Below the pieces are notes generated by a model. It did no database searches and had not been told where the DNA came from. It worked only from the letters and a program-made list of their open reading frames with translations. Of a stretch of DNA of 64,000 bases, positions 1 through 27,234 are shown one piece after another. The first letter of the stretch is position 1. The number at the start of each line of letters is the position of its first letter. Source of the DNA: Macrostomum lignano (lineage: Eukaryota). The position numbers were made by a program, and so were the translations under genes. Location: the NCBI GenBank assembly GCA_002269645.1, contig NIVC01001512.1:62001-126000 (forward strand). The letters are read 5' to 3'.

Positions 1-890
1 TTGATGATTGATGATTGATGATTGACGATTGATGATTGATGATTGATGATTGATGATTGATGATTGATAATTGATGATTGATGATTAATGATTGATGATT
101 GATGATCGATTATCGATGATTGATGATTGATTGATGATTGATGATTGATGATTGATGATTGATGAATTTTGATTGCTGATTGATGAATGTTGACTGATTG
201 ATTGATTGATTTATGATTAATTGGTTGATTGATTAATTGGTTGATTTATTGATGATTGATGATTGATGATTGATGATTGATGATTGATGATTGATGATTG
301 ATGATTGATGATTGATGATTGATGATTGATGATTGATGATTGATGATTGATGATTGATGATTGATGATTGATTATTGATTATTGATTATTGATGATTGAT
401 GAATTTTGATTGATTGATAATTGATGATTGATGATTAATTGATTGATGATTGATGATTGATGATTGATATTGATGAATGTTGATTGATTGATTGATAATT
501 GATGATTGATGATTAATGATTGATGATTGATGATCGATTATCGATGATTGATGATTGATGATTGATTGATGATTGATGATTGATGATTGATGATTGATGA
601 ATTTTGATTGTTGATTGATGAATGTTGACTGATTGATTGATTGATTTATGATTAATTGGTTGATTGATTAATTGGTTGATTTATTGATGATTGATGATTG
701 ATGATTGATGATTGATGATTGATGATTGATGATTGATTATTGATGATTGATTATTGATGATTGATGATTGATGAATTTTGATTGATTGATAATTGATGAT
801 TGATGATTAATTGATTGATGATTGATGATTGATGATTGATATTGATGAATGTTGATTGATTGATTGATGATTGATATTTGTTTATTGACT
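1..890. repeat. (TTGATGA)n/(TGAT)n array with internal higher-order duplication
   Basis: Direct reading; variant block GATCGATTATCGAT recurs about 430 nt apart. Confidence 0.95.
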
Positions 891-907
891 GATTGGCAGA
901 TTGATAG

Positions 908-12800
<11,893 letters not shown>

Positions 12801-13039
12801 ACCATGTCTTCTCTAGGAAAATCCCTGAATTTCTTCAAAGCAGATCTATCTTGGTGTTTAAAGCCTTTTCAAAAGACGCATTGAAAATTCGATTTTAATG
12901 TTGAAGAAAGTCAACGAATTACATTAAACGCCGAAAATTATTCTGGGTTTTTATCAGTCATCTCAACGAATGGATTAAACAGTCATTCTTAGAAACGCAG
13001 GCCAAATTCAATCCACGTTCTTTCGTTTTTTAAGCAGAT

Positions 13040-14150
13040 TGGTCATGATTTAATCGAATCGTCAGGCTTTAATCGAATCGGTCATTAGCTAATCAAATTG
13101 GTCATTCTTCAGAAAAATCGGTCATGCTCTAATCAAATCGGTCATGATCTAATCAAATCGGTAATGATATAATCAAATCGGTAATGATCTAATCAAATCG
13201 GTAATGATATAATCAAATCGGTCATGATCTAATCAAATCGGTAATGATATAATCAAATCGGTCATGATCTAATCAAATCGGTAATGATCTAATCAAATTG
13301 GTAATGATCTAATCAAATGGGTAATGATATAATCAAATCGGTAAAGATATAATCAAATCGGTAATGATCTAATCAAATTGGTCATGATCTAATCAAATTG
13401 GTAATGATCTAATCAAATCGGTAATGATAAAATCAAATCGGTAATAATATAATCAAATCGGTCATGATCTAATCAAATTGGTCATGATCTAATCAAATTG
13501 GTCATGATCTAATCAAATTGGTAATGATATAATCAAATCGGTAATGATCTAATCAAATCGGTCATGATCTAATCAAATCGATAATGATCTAATCAAATCG
13601 GTAATGATCTAATCAAATCGGTAATGATCTAATCAAATCGGTCATGATCTAATCAAATCGGTAATAATATAATCAAATCGGTAATGATCTAATCAAATCG
13701 GTAATGATCTAATCAAATCGGTAATGATCTAATCAAATCGGTAATGATCTAATCAAATCGGTAATGATCTAATCAAATCGGTCATGATCTAATCAAATCG
13801 GTAATAATATAATCAAATCGGTAATGATCTAATCAAATCGGTAATGATCTAATCAAATCGGTAATGATCTAATCAAATCGGTAATGATATAATCAAATCG
13901 TTCATGATATAATCAAATCGGTCATGATCTAATCAAATCGGTAATAATATAATCAAATCGGTAATGATCTAATCAAATCGGTAATGATCTAATCAAATCG
14001 GTAATGATCTAATCAAATCGGTAATGATCTAATCAAATCGGTAATGATATAATCAAATCGTTCATGATATAATCAAATCGGTCATGATCTAATCAAATCG
14101 GTAATGATCTAATCAAATCGGTCATGATCTAATCAAATCGGTCATTCCCT
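13040..14150. repeat. 20-bp minisatellite AATCAAATCGGTAATGATCT
   Basis: Direct reading. Confidence 0.95.
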
Positions 14151-14639
14151 AGTCAAATGACTCAATCGATAGTGCAACTACTCAAAACCTACTAAAATGG
14201 AAAATGTTGCATTCAACAAGAAGCCTTTAATGAACAGACTCAGTAGGACCGATGTGAGTTTTGTGCATGCTTTTTTCCAAATCCAGTTGAACCTTTGGCT
14301 CTTCTGCCAGTGTTGCGGATTGGCCCAGGCCTCTGGTTGGTTCTCCCTATCTTCCTCTCTGCCTCCTTCTCAAAGTTGCTATAAGACTAACTGAAAACTC
14401 TGCGCGAACAAAAGCTCCCAATTTACATCCGTAACATTCTTTAGCAATTCTGCAACACCGCAAAGCAGATTCTATTGCGTGTTTTTATTCAGCTTAAAGA
14501 AAAGTTACTCGCTGAAAGGAAATAAGCAGTTTAGGTAAGCTGACGTGGCTAATATTGATTGATTGGTAATTTAATATTCAATACGACACAAACACTGATC
14601 CGTTTACTTCTTGAGTTTACTGATGCAATCCTGAATTCA

Positions 14640-15420
14640 CCCGTGAACTCATGAACTTACTTGTGAATTCATCAAGTCACTCGTGAACTCATCAAGTCAC
14701 TCGTGAACTCGTCAAGTCACTCGTGAACTCATGAACTTGCTTGTGAATTCATCAAGTCTCTCGTGAACTCATCAAGTCACTCGTGAACTCATGAACTTAC
14801 TTGTGAACTCATTAAGTCACTCGTGAACTCATGAACTTACTTGTCAATTCATCAAGTCACTCGTGAACTCATGAACTTACTTATGAATTCATAAAGTCAC
14901 TCGTGAATTCATCAAGTCACTCGTGAACTCATGAACTTACTTATGAATTCATAAAGTCACTCGTGAATTCATAAAGTCACTCGTGAACTCATGAACTTAC
15001 TTGTGAATTCATCAAGTCACTCGTGAACTCGTGAACTCATCAAGTCACTCGTGAACTCATGAACTTACTTGTGAATTCATCAAGTCACTCGTGAACTCAT
15101 CAAGTCATTCGTGAACTCATCAAGTCACTCGTGAACTCATCAAGTCATCCGTGAACTCATCAAGTCATTCGTGAACTCATCAAGTCATTCGTGAACTCAT
15201 CAAGTCATTCGTGAACTCATCAAGTCATTCGTGAACTCATCAAGTCATTCGTGAACTCATCAAGTCATTCGTGAACTCATCAAGTCACTCGTGAACTCAT
15301 CAAGTCATTCGTGAATTCATCAAGTCACTCGTGAACTCATCAAGTCATTCGTGAACTCATCAAGTCATTCGTGAACTCATCAAGTCACTCGTGAATTCAT
15401 CAAGTCACTCGTGAACTCAT
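14640..15420. repeat. 20-bp minisatellite GTGAACTCATCAAGTCACTC
   Basis: Direct reading. Confidence 0.93.
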
Positions 15421-16568
15421 TAATCCATGAAAGCATATTCTCATAAATGAATAAATTAACTTACGAACCCGCAAGACGACCACTCATTTATACAACAATC
15501 TAGTCAAATAAAATAAGCAAATACGAGGCCAAAGAGTAAGGCAGGCCAAGCAATGTAAACACGCCGTTTCTCTATAGCAACCCTGCTAAGGCCAATGCAG
15601 TTTAGCAAACAAAAATCACCGAAATCCCAGTACAATCTTGTCCAATGCACAGGAAATATTATCACCCGTAGAGGCCCAAGCATCTTGTCCGCGTACACAG
15701 CTATGCAAATCCATATTTCCATTCCCAATGCCAACTTCTCCAATAGCAGCAGCACAGCAGCAGGAGATTTTCCGGATTGATTGAATAGCGAGCAGGGCCG
15801 CCTCCCCCGCTGCAGTATAAATAATGAATTGACCCTCTGGTTGCTGCTCTTCTCAGCTCGGAAGCTCGAATCCCCTCCTTTCTCCCTTCTGTCTGGCGGC
15901 CTCATTAACTTGCTCTGTCGCCTCCTGCAGTCTCAGGGGCGAAGGTGAGTCGGCCTTCACCCCATCGATGCCAGGATGCTGAGCTGGCTTGGAGCAAGTG
16001 GGGAATTTTTTTGCCCCAGCGAATCCGGGAATTTCTTTCACTTTTACGATGCCGGAGAAGGACATGACAGTCTTGGATTAGTGGAATCCTGAGCCCCTAG
16101 CAACCCGGAGCCATATGTCTAGCAGTGTAACTGGGTCCCCCCCTCACCAGCTCATCTGTTCCCCTGGCGCAATTCTCCGATTAACGCCGACAAGCGACTG
16201 ACTGAGAGGAATTTCAGGAAGCAGCGAATCGTCTTACAAAGCGTCCCACGGGGGGGGGCGTGCCAGTTGAAATTTTGTTCTCAAGAAGAGGCCCTGGACT
16301 GGCCGCATTATTTCCCGGGAATCAAAGCAGCGGCAGCTCCGGCCCGAGCCATTTGTCTTGCCTCTCGGACAGGGGGCTTTTGGTCGGACAGAAAATTGGC
16401 CGAAATTGAGTTTGAGCTACGCGGTGTCCGGTCCGCTTGGCCGAGGAAATTGCGGGACACGAAAACTGAGGAGAATTGAATGGAATTTTTTTTACGGTCT
16501 GAGAGTGCTGCTGCTGAGTTCAAGCCAGCAACTTTTAGTGCGGATATCTGGCTTGTAATTCAATAGCC

Positions 16569-17221
<653 letters not shown>

Positions 17222-17829
17222 CCTCTGTAAGCTCAGTTTGCCTGTCAGTTTGAGTTGAGCAGCCAGAAATGATGCAGAAAAGTGCTAAATTAAGCAAGCG
17301 CCAAATAGATTGAAGCAGGAGTCGGAGAGAAGGCCTGGGGCGCACGGAGGCCACCAGCCCTGTCTCTGCTGGAGGTCAAGAGCCTCAATCAGGGGCAACT
17401 ATTCTCAGGGAGCGCAGCTCAAACAGGCGGGCTGCCACCCCCCCCCCCCCAGCACCAATGGCACCGACTTGCTGTAGTAAACTTTTGCAGGAAATATTGT
17501 TGGCAAACTGCTTCAGTTTAATTTACTGCCGAGGTTCTGCATTAAGAATCCTCAGAAGCAATGCCGAGATGGTAATAAAATAATTCACAAGTTCAAAGCA
17601 ACTGGATGCAGGAAGGAACTCATGCCGGAAGCTGAAGCTGAGTGAGACATAGGCTGCTCAGCAGGGAGTTCTTTTCTCCCTTTTAGTGCAGCAAGATTTG
17701 AAATGAATTATGAGATTGATTCTAATACAGTCTGCTTGTAGAGCTAGCTAATCCTTGTAGAGAGGCAAGTTGAGGAGAGGTTCTGTAGACTTTAGATCAG
17801 ATTCTAGTAAGTTTTAGTGTGATTCTACG

Positions 17830-18145
17830 AAATAGAGGTGAGATTCTATAGAGTTGAGGTGAGATTCTATAGAGTTGAGGTGAGATTCTATAGAGTTGAG
17901 GACAGATTCTATAGAGTTGAGGTGAGATTCTATAGAGTTGAGGTGAGATTTTATAGAGTTAAAGTGAGATTCTATAGAGTTGAGGTGGGATTCTATAGAG
18001 TTGAGGTGAGATTCTATAGAGTTGAGGTGGGATTCTATAGAGTTGAGGTGAGATTCTATAGAGTTGAGGACAGATTCTATAGAGCTGAGGTGAGATTCTA
18101 TAGAGTTGAGGTGAGATTCTATGGAGTTGAGGTGAGATTCTATGG
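17830..18145. repeat. 21-bp minisatellite GAGATTCTATAGAGTTGAGGT
   Basis: Direct reading. Confidence 0.93.
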
Positions 18146-18854
18146 AGGAAGATAAGATGATGATTCCAAGGGACAAGTGGTAAGGATTCTTGCATTAAAA
18201 GTTAAAAGTTCATGCCAAAAAAGCCGCCTCAAAATTTTAGGCAGTATTTGCTTCACGACTTTCAGGCCTGAGCACAATAAAAAAGTCTGGGATATTCAGA
18301 ACTGACGCCTCTGTCTGCTCTAAGCTGTCACAGACTTGGACTGGGCGATGAGATGAGGCGCCAGAGCTGGTGTTAAATATAGACTGTCAAACAGGGGCTG
18401 ACGTAGCCGCGAGTACAGGAGATTATTGCTTTTAGAAGCGATGGCAGAACCTGCCTGACTAAAAGCTGCCAAATTATAATCGCGTCCGTATAGAGAGGCA
18501 CCTGTCTGCCTGCCCGTCTCCTGAAAGCAGCTGGCAGATTATGAAAGTTGAAGTCTTTGAAAAAAATTCTAATTAATTTTCGATTTTTAAAACATTATGG
18601 AGAAGAAAGAAATCAAATTTTGCTTCATTTTTTCTCTTTTGCCTGCTCCATCACTCTTTCTCAAAATTTCACAAACCAAATTTATAACTAAAGTAAGGAG
18701 TAACTAGTTTAAATTATGACAGGCTATAAATTATGGCTTTTCGATGAATCCACAGGCGGCAATTATTTATTAGAAATAGAAAGGCGACGTATAGGGTAAA
18801 CAGTTTGGATAAAGTAGGCAAGGCTTGTTCAGATTTGGGTTGGAGTAGCCGGAG

Positions 18855-19670
18855 CTCATGGAGAAAATGAGATTGGATCGAGACAAATCTAATGGAGAGG
18901 ATGAGATTAGATCGAGACAAATCTAATGGAGAGGATGAGATTAGATCGAGACGAATATAATGGAGAGGATGAGATTAGATTGAGACGAATCACATGGAGT
19001 AAGGATGAGATTAGATCGAGATGAATCTCATGGAGAGGATGAGATTAGATCGAGACAAATCTAATGGGGAGGATGAGATCAGATCGAGACAAATCTAATG
19101 GAGAGGATGAGATTAGATCGAGACGAATCTAATGGGGAGAATGAGATTAGATCGAGACGAATCTCATGGAGAGGATGAGATTAGATCGAGACGAATCTCA
19201 TGAAGAGGATGAGATTAGATCGAGACAAATCTAATGGGGAGGATAAGATTAGATCGAGACGAATCTCATGGAGAGGATGAGATTAGATCGAGACAAATCT
19301 AATGGGGAGGATGAGATTAGATCGAGACAAATCTAATGGAGAGGATGAGATTAGATCGAGACGAATCTAATGGGGAGAATGAGATTAGATCGAGACTAAT
19401 CTCATGGAGAGGATGAGATTAGACTGAGACGAATCACGTGGAGTAAGGATGAGATTAGATCGAGACGAATCTCATGGAGAAAGGATGAGATTAGACTGAG
19501 ACGAATCACGTGGAGTAAGGATGAGATTAGATCGAGACGAATCTCATGGAGAAAGGATGAGATTAGACTGAGACGAATCACGTGGAGTAAGGATGAGATT
19601 AGATCGAGACGAATCTCATGGAGAAAGGATGAGATGAAATCGAGACGAATCTCATGGAGAGGATGAGACG
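18855..19670. repeat. About 34-bp minisatellite GGAGAGGATGAGATTAGATCGAGACGAATCTCAT
   Basis: Direct reading. Confidence 0.93.
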
Positions 19671-20027
19671 CATGAAAATAAGTATTGACGAGATGAACCA
19701 GAATAAGGTGACTGGGATCCTGATTTGAAGACCCATGGATTTGAGAGTTCTTGAGCCAAAATTTTATCGAAGAGGCCTTTGAAAAGGAAAGATGCAGCAC
19801 AAATATAGAAAACAGAAAGAGTGCAATTTTCAAACGAGCACTTGCCACCGACGGTGTAAACCCTCATTTTTATGTGCAGTCACGCAGGGAAGAATTCAAG
19901 GTCGATCAGAGCGTTGCAACCCTCAGTTGATTAAGTTAGCGATGCAACAAAAATTATAAGTCAACCTACGAGTACATGACTGAGTGCTTGCTTCAGATTA
20001 GCGTGTTGTGTTCACAGAAAGAATTAC

Positions 20028-20577
<550 letters not shown>

Positions 20578-21065
20578 GATCTGAGACGTACTATTGTCTT
20601 AAAGTCCTATTGAACTACCTTGAGTTTAGTCACACGGACAAGAGACCATGAAATTCCAATTAATCAATCCGAAATGACAGCTTAAGGCCGCAGGGTCCCG
20701 GACTGTCCCTAAGTCTTCACCATTGAAGCTATTGTTTGTAGGTCGTATCTATCAATTGCATCCATGATTCACGCATAGATACAATAATTCCCTCGGAAAC
20801 GAATTTGAACACGAGTGCGGAAAATGGTCTCACTCGATTCAAGACGTTTTAAAGCTCCCCTTCGCTCAGCGCACCTTGCACGCGTTAGATTATCTTGGAT
20901 TAAATAGGCACTTTAATTCGCAGTCTCGAGAGCAGACGGATTAAAATTGAGCAGCTCGTTTCTATTGGAGCAAATATTGGCGTGAGCTGCTTCGCTGAGG
21001 GGCTGAACTGGCTCAGGAACGAGCATGAATGTGTCTGTCTGGCAATCTTTTCCATTCACATGTCA

Positions 21066-22360
21066 CCCACCCACTCACTCGAGCAGTCACTCACGCACTC
21101 ACTCGAGCAGTCACTCACGCACTCACTCGAGCAGTCACTCACGCACTCACTCGAGCAGTCACTCACGCACTCACTCGAGCAGTCACTCACGCACTCACTC
21201 GAGCAGTCACTCGCCCACTCACTCGAGCAGTCACTCACCCACTCACTCGAGCAGTCACTCACGCACTCACTCGAGCAGTCACTCACGCACTCACTCGAGC
21301 AGTCACTCACCCATTCACTAGAGCAGTCACTCACCCACTCACTCGAGCAGTCACTCACCCACTCACTCGAGCAGTCACTCGCCCACTCACTCGAGCAGTC
21401 ACTCACGCACTCACTCGAGCAGTCACTCACCCATTCACTAGAGCAGTCACTCACGCACTCACTCGAGCAGTCACTCACGCACTCACTCGAGCAGTCACTC
21501 ACGCACTCACTCGAGCAGTCACTCGCCCACTCACTCGAGCAGTCACTCACCCACTCACTCGAGCAGTCACTCACGCACTCACTCGAGCAGTCACTCACGC
21601 ACTCACTCGAGCAGTCACTCACCCATTCACTAGAGCAGTCACTCACCCACTCACTCGAGCAGTCACTCACCCACTCACTCGAGCAGTCACTCGCCCACTC
21701 ACTCGAGCAGTCACTCACGCACTCACTAGAGCAGTCACTCACCCATTCACTAGAGCAGTCACTCACGCACTCACTCGAGCAGTCACTCACCCATTCACTA
21801 GAGCAGTCACTCACCCACTCACTCGAGCAGTCACTCACCCACTCACTCGAGCAGTCACTCACCCACTCACTCGAGCAGTCACCCACTCACTCACTCGAGC
21901 AGTCACCCACCCACTCACTCGAGCAGTCACTCACCCACTCACTCGAGCAGTCACCCACCACTCACTCGAGCAGTCACCCACCCATTCACTCGAGCAGTCA
22001 CCCACCACTCACTCGAGCAGTCACTCACTCACTCACTCGAGCAGTCACCCACCCACTCACTCGAGCAGTCACCCACCACTCACTCGAGCAGTCACCCACC
22101 CATTCACTAGAGCAGTCACCCACCCACTCACTCGAGCAGTCACTCACTCATTCACTCGAGCAGTCACCCACCCACTCACTCGAGCAGTCACTCACTCACT
22201 CACTCGAGCAGTCACCCACCCACTCACTCGAGCAGTCACCCACCACTCACTCGAGCAGTCACCCACCACTCACTCGAGCAGTCACCCACCCATTCACTAG
22301 AGCAGTCACTCACCCACTCACTCGAGCAGTCACCCACCCACTCATTCGAGCAGTCACCCA
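21066..22360. repeat. 24-bp minisatellite CACTCACTCGAGCAGTCACTCACG ending at the GPCR start
   Basis: Direct reading. Confidence 0.95.
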
Positions 22361-22363
22361 GCC

Positions 22364-25300
22364 ATGGACCCGGAACAGTTGGCCAACCTGACACAGTGCG
22401 ACTCCTTGGAGCGCCCTGTTCTGTTTACTACGGTGGTGCCGATTCTATTCAGCATTGTGGTGCTGCTCGGTCTCCTTGGCAACGCCCTAGTGATAGCGGT
22501 GGTGGCGGCTAACAGCAACATGCGCAGCACTACCAACATCCTCATCACCTCACTAGCAGTGGCCGACCTGCTGTTCATCACCCTCTGTGTGCCATTCACC
22601 GCCCTGTTCTACGTGTTCAGCTGGGTGTTCGGCCACGCTGCCTGCGTCCTGTTCCAGTACTTCACGTACGTGCCCGTGTACTGCAGCGTGTACACCCTGG
22701 TGCTGATGAGCGCCGACCGGTACCTTGCCGTGGTGCACCCAATCCGCAGCATGGCCTGGCGCACGGAGCGGAACACCTTGGCAGCCGTGGCCATCACCTG
22801 GCTGGGAGTGGCTCTGGCCCACCTGCCTCTGGCCATGGAGGCCGCGGTTGTGCCGGTCCAGCGGTGTCGCTACGGCAACTGCAGTGTCGACGACTGCGGC
22901 TTCCGCGAGATGAGCGTCTGCATCGGCCGTCGGTTCTTCACGGACCCGGCTAGCGGGGAGTTCGGGCCGCTGGGCCGGGTGTTCTACACAACGTTCAACA
23001 TATTCGGGTACGCGCTGCCGTTCGCCGTGATCATCACGCTGTACGTGCTGCTGGTCAAGCGCCTCATGTTCGGCCGCTCGTCCGCCGTCGCCCAGTCTAG
23101 CGAAGCCGCCCGGTCGAAGCGTCGGGTGACGCGCACCGTTGTCACGGTGGTGGCCATTTTTGGCACCTGCTGGCTGCCGATTCACGCCATCTTTGCGCTG
23201 CAGAACTGGCACCGGGATCTCCACTACTCGTGGTTTCGCTACCTTCAGGTGGCTTCGCAGGTGAGAGAATTCTGGCTATTCTGTTCACACAGTCACTCCA
23301 CTGTCTTTCACTCACTGTGAGTGATGATTCTGTTCACACTGTCACTCCACTGTCTTTCACTCACTGTGGGTGATGATTCTGTTCACACAGTCACTCCACT
23401 GTCTTTCACTCACTGTGAGTGATGATTCTGTTCACACTGTCACTCCACTGTCTTTCACTCACTGTGGGTGATGATTCTGTTCACACTGTCACTCCACTGT
23501 CTTTCACTCACTGTGAGTGATGATTCTGTTCACACTGTCACTCCATTGTCTTTCACTCACTGTGAGTGATGATTCAGTTCACACTGTCACTCCACTGTCT
23601 TTCACTCACTGTGGGTGATGATTCTGTTCACACTGTCACTCCACTGTCTTTCGCTCACTGTGAGTGATGATTCTGTTCACACTGTCACTCCATTGTCTTT
23701 CATTCACTGTGAGTGATGATTCTGTTCACACTGTCACTCCACTGTCTTTCATTCACTGTGAGTGATGATTCTGTTCACACTGTCACTCCATTATCTTTCA
23801 CTCACTGTGAGTGATGATTCAGTTCACACTGTCACTCCACTGTCTTTCACTCACTGTGGGTGATGATTCTGTTCACACTGTCACTCCACTGTCTTTCGCT
23901 CACTGTGAGTGATGATTCTGTTCACACTGTCACTCCATTGTCTTTCATTCACTGTGAGTGATGATTCTGTTCACACTGTCACTCCATCCTCTTTCACTCA
24001 CTGTGAGTGATGATTCTGTTCACACTGTCACTCCATTATCTTTCACTCACTGTGAGTGATGATTCTGTTCACACTGTCACTCCATTGTCTTTCACTCACT
24101 GTGGGTGATGATTCTGTTCACACTGTCACTCCACTGTCTTTCATTCACTGTGAGTGATGATTCAGTTCACACTGTCACTCCACTGTCTTTCATTCACTGT
24201 GAGTGATGATTCTGTTCACACTGTCACTCCACTGTCTTTCACTCACTGTGAGTGATGATTCAGTTAACACTGTCACTTCACTGTCTTTCACTCACTGTGA
24301 GTGATGATTCAGTTCACAATGTCACTCCATTGTCTTCACTCACTCTTCGTGATGATTCAGTTCACACAGTCACTCCATTGTCTTCACTCACTATCCGAGA
24401 TGATTCAGTTCACACAGTCACTCCATTGTCTTCACTAACTATCCGAGATGATTGTGTCACATGAATCGATGAGAGCGTTGGCAAGCTGTAGAAGAAATGC
24501 TACAGGAAGGAGTATCTGCATAATTTATAAATGCCTGCGCGCATACCGGAGCCAGATTTCTAAGGAAAGAAGCTGGCTATTGTTCTCAAACTGTAGCTAC
24601 TTCAGTTCCTGGAAATTGTGAGCTAGTCAGTTCTCTTCATCGCTTGAGCTGCGCGGATGCAGAAGAAACTATCTTCTTTTACTTCCTTGAGCTGTTCTAG
24701 GCAAAGTCTTTCTAGCCAAGGCTCCTTGACGGCATGCTTTGCTTTGAACAATTTCGCCTAAGTATTTCTGAGTTTGCTAAAGCAATGGAGGTCAACAGGG
24801 TCTGTCAGCTAATCTAGTTTTCACATCGCAGGGTGACAATTAATTTAGACCATAGCGGCACAGTGCTGTATAAATATGCGTTGCTTACTTAGTGGCCAAG
24901 AGAGATTATTCGATAGGGAGGCTGCGACACGGAGATCGATGCCGAATGTTCGTGTGAATTTTCAGAAATATTGGCCTTGGGTCTTGGCAGGGGCGCAGGG
25001 TCTTGGCAGATGTGAAGTGTCGGAGATGTGGAGTGTCGGAGATGTGAAGTGTCGGAGTTGTAAAGTGTCGGAGAGATGAAGTGTCGGAGATGTGAAGTGT
25101 CGGAGATGTGAAGTGTCGGAGATGTGAAGTGTCGGAGATGTGAAGTTTCGGAGATGTGAAGTGTCGGAGATGTGAAGTGTCAGAGTTGTAAAGTGTCGGA
25201 GATGTGAAGTGTCGGAGATGTGAAGTGTCGGAGATGTGAAGTGTCGGATATGTGAAGTGTCGGAGATGCAAAGTGTCGGAGATGTGAAGTGTCGGAAATG

Positions 25301-25891
25301 CAAAGTGTCGGATATGTGAAGTGTCGGAGATGTGAAGTGTCGGAGATGTGAAGTGTCGGAGATGTGAAGTGTCGGAGATGTGGAGTGTCGGAGATGTGGA
25401 GTGTCGGAGATGTGGAGTGTCGGAGAGACAAAGTGTCGGATATGTGAAGTGTCGGAGATGTGAAGTGTCGGAGATACGAAAGCCCCAATTGATTCGCTCC
25501 GCAGGTGCTGGCCTACATGAACAGCTGCATGAACCCCATCGTGTACGCATTTGTGTCCGATAACTACCGTCAGGCCTTCGCCAGCTTCCTGGGCATCCAG
25601 CTGGCCCAGCGGACCAGGCGCGGCACCAATGCGGGCCGCAGTGTGGTGCAGAACACCGCGAAGAACTCAGCTGACCAGGCTGTCAGCAAGCGCGCCTCCG
25701 GCAACGGCAACGCGGCCGCCGCTACACAGTCGCCAGTCGTCGGCTCCGATGACGACGACAATGAGAAGGAAGAGTGCGCAGCAGTGGTGGGGGCGGCGGC
25801 GGCTCGCGGCCGCTGCGAGTCGGTGGAGCTGGTGCCGCTGAACAACCGCGTTGAGCTGGCGGCCCAGGTGCACAGCGACCGGAGCTCATAA
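22364..25891 (+). CDS. Class A neuropeptide GPCR, allatostatin-A/galanin receptor-like; exons 22364-23260 and 25505-25891 (427 aa)
   Basis: Seven hydrophobic helices; GN (TM1), NMRSTTNILITSLAVADLLF (TM2), ADRYLAVVHPIRS (DRY), CWLP (TM6), QVLAYMNSCMNPIVYAF (NPxxY) split by a phase-0 intron CAG|GTGAGA...CGCAG|GTG; N-glycosylation site NLT; gccATGG start context. Confidence 0.93.
23281..24460. repeat. 49-bp minisatellite CTGTTCACACTGTCACTCCACTGTCTTTCACTCACTGTGAGTGATGATT
   Basis: Direct reading; period 49 checked at 23281/23330. Confidence 0.95.
25010..25472. repeat. 16-bp minisatellite GATGTGAAGTGTCGGA
   Basis: Direct reading. Confidence 0.95.
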
Positions 25892-26500
25892 AATTTTCGA
25901 CCATCGCAAGCGGCGTTTTGCTGGCACTTTTGAGCAGACTTTGCCGACAATAATTAGCAGCAATTAACAAAAGAAGAACTGCTTAATTTCTTATTAATGG
26001 AACTTTGAGCAGCTACACTGAACCCAAAGCTAATCGTTGATATCTGAGAAATCTAGAATGAATTTTACAAAGTGCGAACTGTTTAGCTGCACTCAAACTT
26101 AAGCTAGAGATTCTCTCGGGCATCTCTCTCTGCATGTCATTAAACTCTATCGTCGCGCCTAAAGATTATTGGTAATGTTAGACCTCTGAAAGCTTCTTTA
26201 ATGCGGCATTGGTCTCACCTGCAACTATTTTTGAGCCAGAAAAACTAAATCTCTAAATATTTAGCACACATTTCTCCATTACGAGTACTGACTAGTAAAG
26301 AGACGATGCACCTGAATATTAAGCATAAGCACCTTAACTATATCACCTGCTTATTGTGTCTCATTTCACTTGGCTAATAGCTGAAAATAATACTAAAAGG
26401 TAATCGAAAATGCGAAAATTCTCGTGTCCTTTCGTGTCCTTTTTAATGCCAGCCCAGTCGCAGCAGCAATATCTTTGATTCATTGTTTATTGAAGAAGGA

Positions 26501-26654
26501 CGGGGGTTCGATTCCCGATCCCACTGGAACAATTTGTGCTGTTCTTGAGCAAGACACTTCACTCTGCATTGCTTCAGTTCACCCAGCTGTAAAATGGGTG
26601 CCAGCATTAGCTGGGGTAATTGAGGCTGTGTGTGGCGACCCCCCCCCCAGTCCT
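26501..26654 (+). mobile_element. Truncated copy of the same CORE-like SINE
   Basis: GGTTCGATTCCCGATCCCACTGGAAC...TTGAGCAAGACACTT...CACCCAGCTGTAAAATGGGTGCC, near identical to the reverse complement of 43060-43205. Confidence 0.8.
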
Positions 26655-27234
26655 GACTTCACTGAGCAACCGCTGAGCATAGCAAGTTGCGGATAGTGAA
26701 AAATCCGAGCGGAGGCCATCTGTCGGCACAGAATGGACTTTTGATGCCGCAACTTTCTTTTATATTTATTTCTCTAAGCATAAAAACCTCCACCATTAAA
26801 ATTAGTGGCACTCTGGCCCACAACACTGTGAGCAAGCTGCTATTAAGAAATAGACAAAATCAAATAGAAATTACAGGTAAAAAGAAACAGAAACTCTGCA
26901 AAATTCTTAAAAAATAGCAGATACAGCTGTGACAATTCCGTCCATTCGACCAACTTCTGAGCAAACCCCAGGCAAGCGCGGTGCTCACGGACCCACCTGA
27001 GGCTGAGTAAAACAATCAAAAGCATTATTTGCTAGAATTAAATATTATCCCGCCCTTGACAACCGTTTCCAGCGATCAATTCTTATCCCTGTCTTTCCTC
27101 ACGAAAGGCAAACTTAATCCCTGATCGATAGAACATATGCGGCGCTGAAACACTTGGCAAACACTGGTATTGACTGAGATTCGCTTCTACCTGCCTTCCG
27201 GATGTTTGAAAAAGAAGCAGCAATGTCTGTATTC

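Noticed and set aside
20982-22391. Long ORFs upstream of the GPCR as a repetitive N-terminal extension
   Set aside because: Translations of the 24-bp array; the in-frame ORF stops at 22300 before the GPCR ATG and the other is out of frame.
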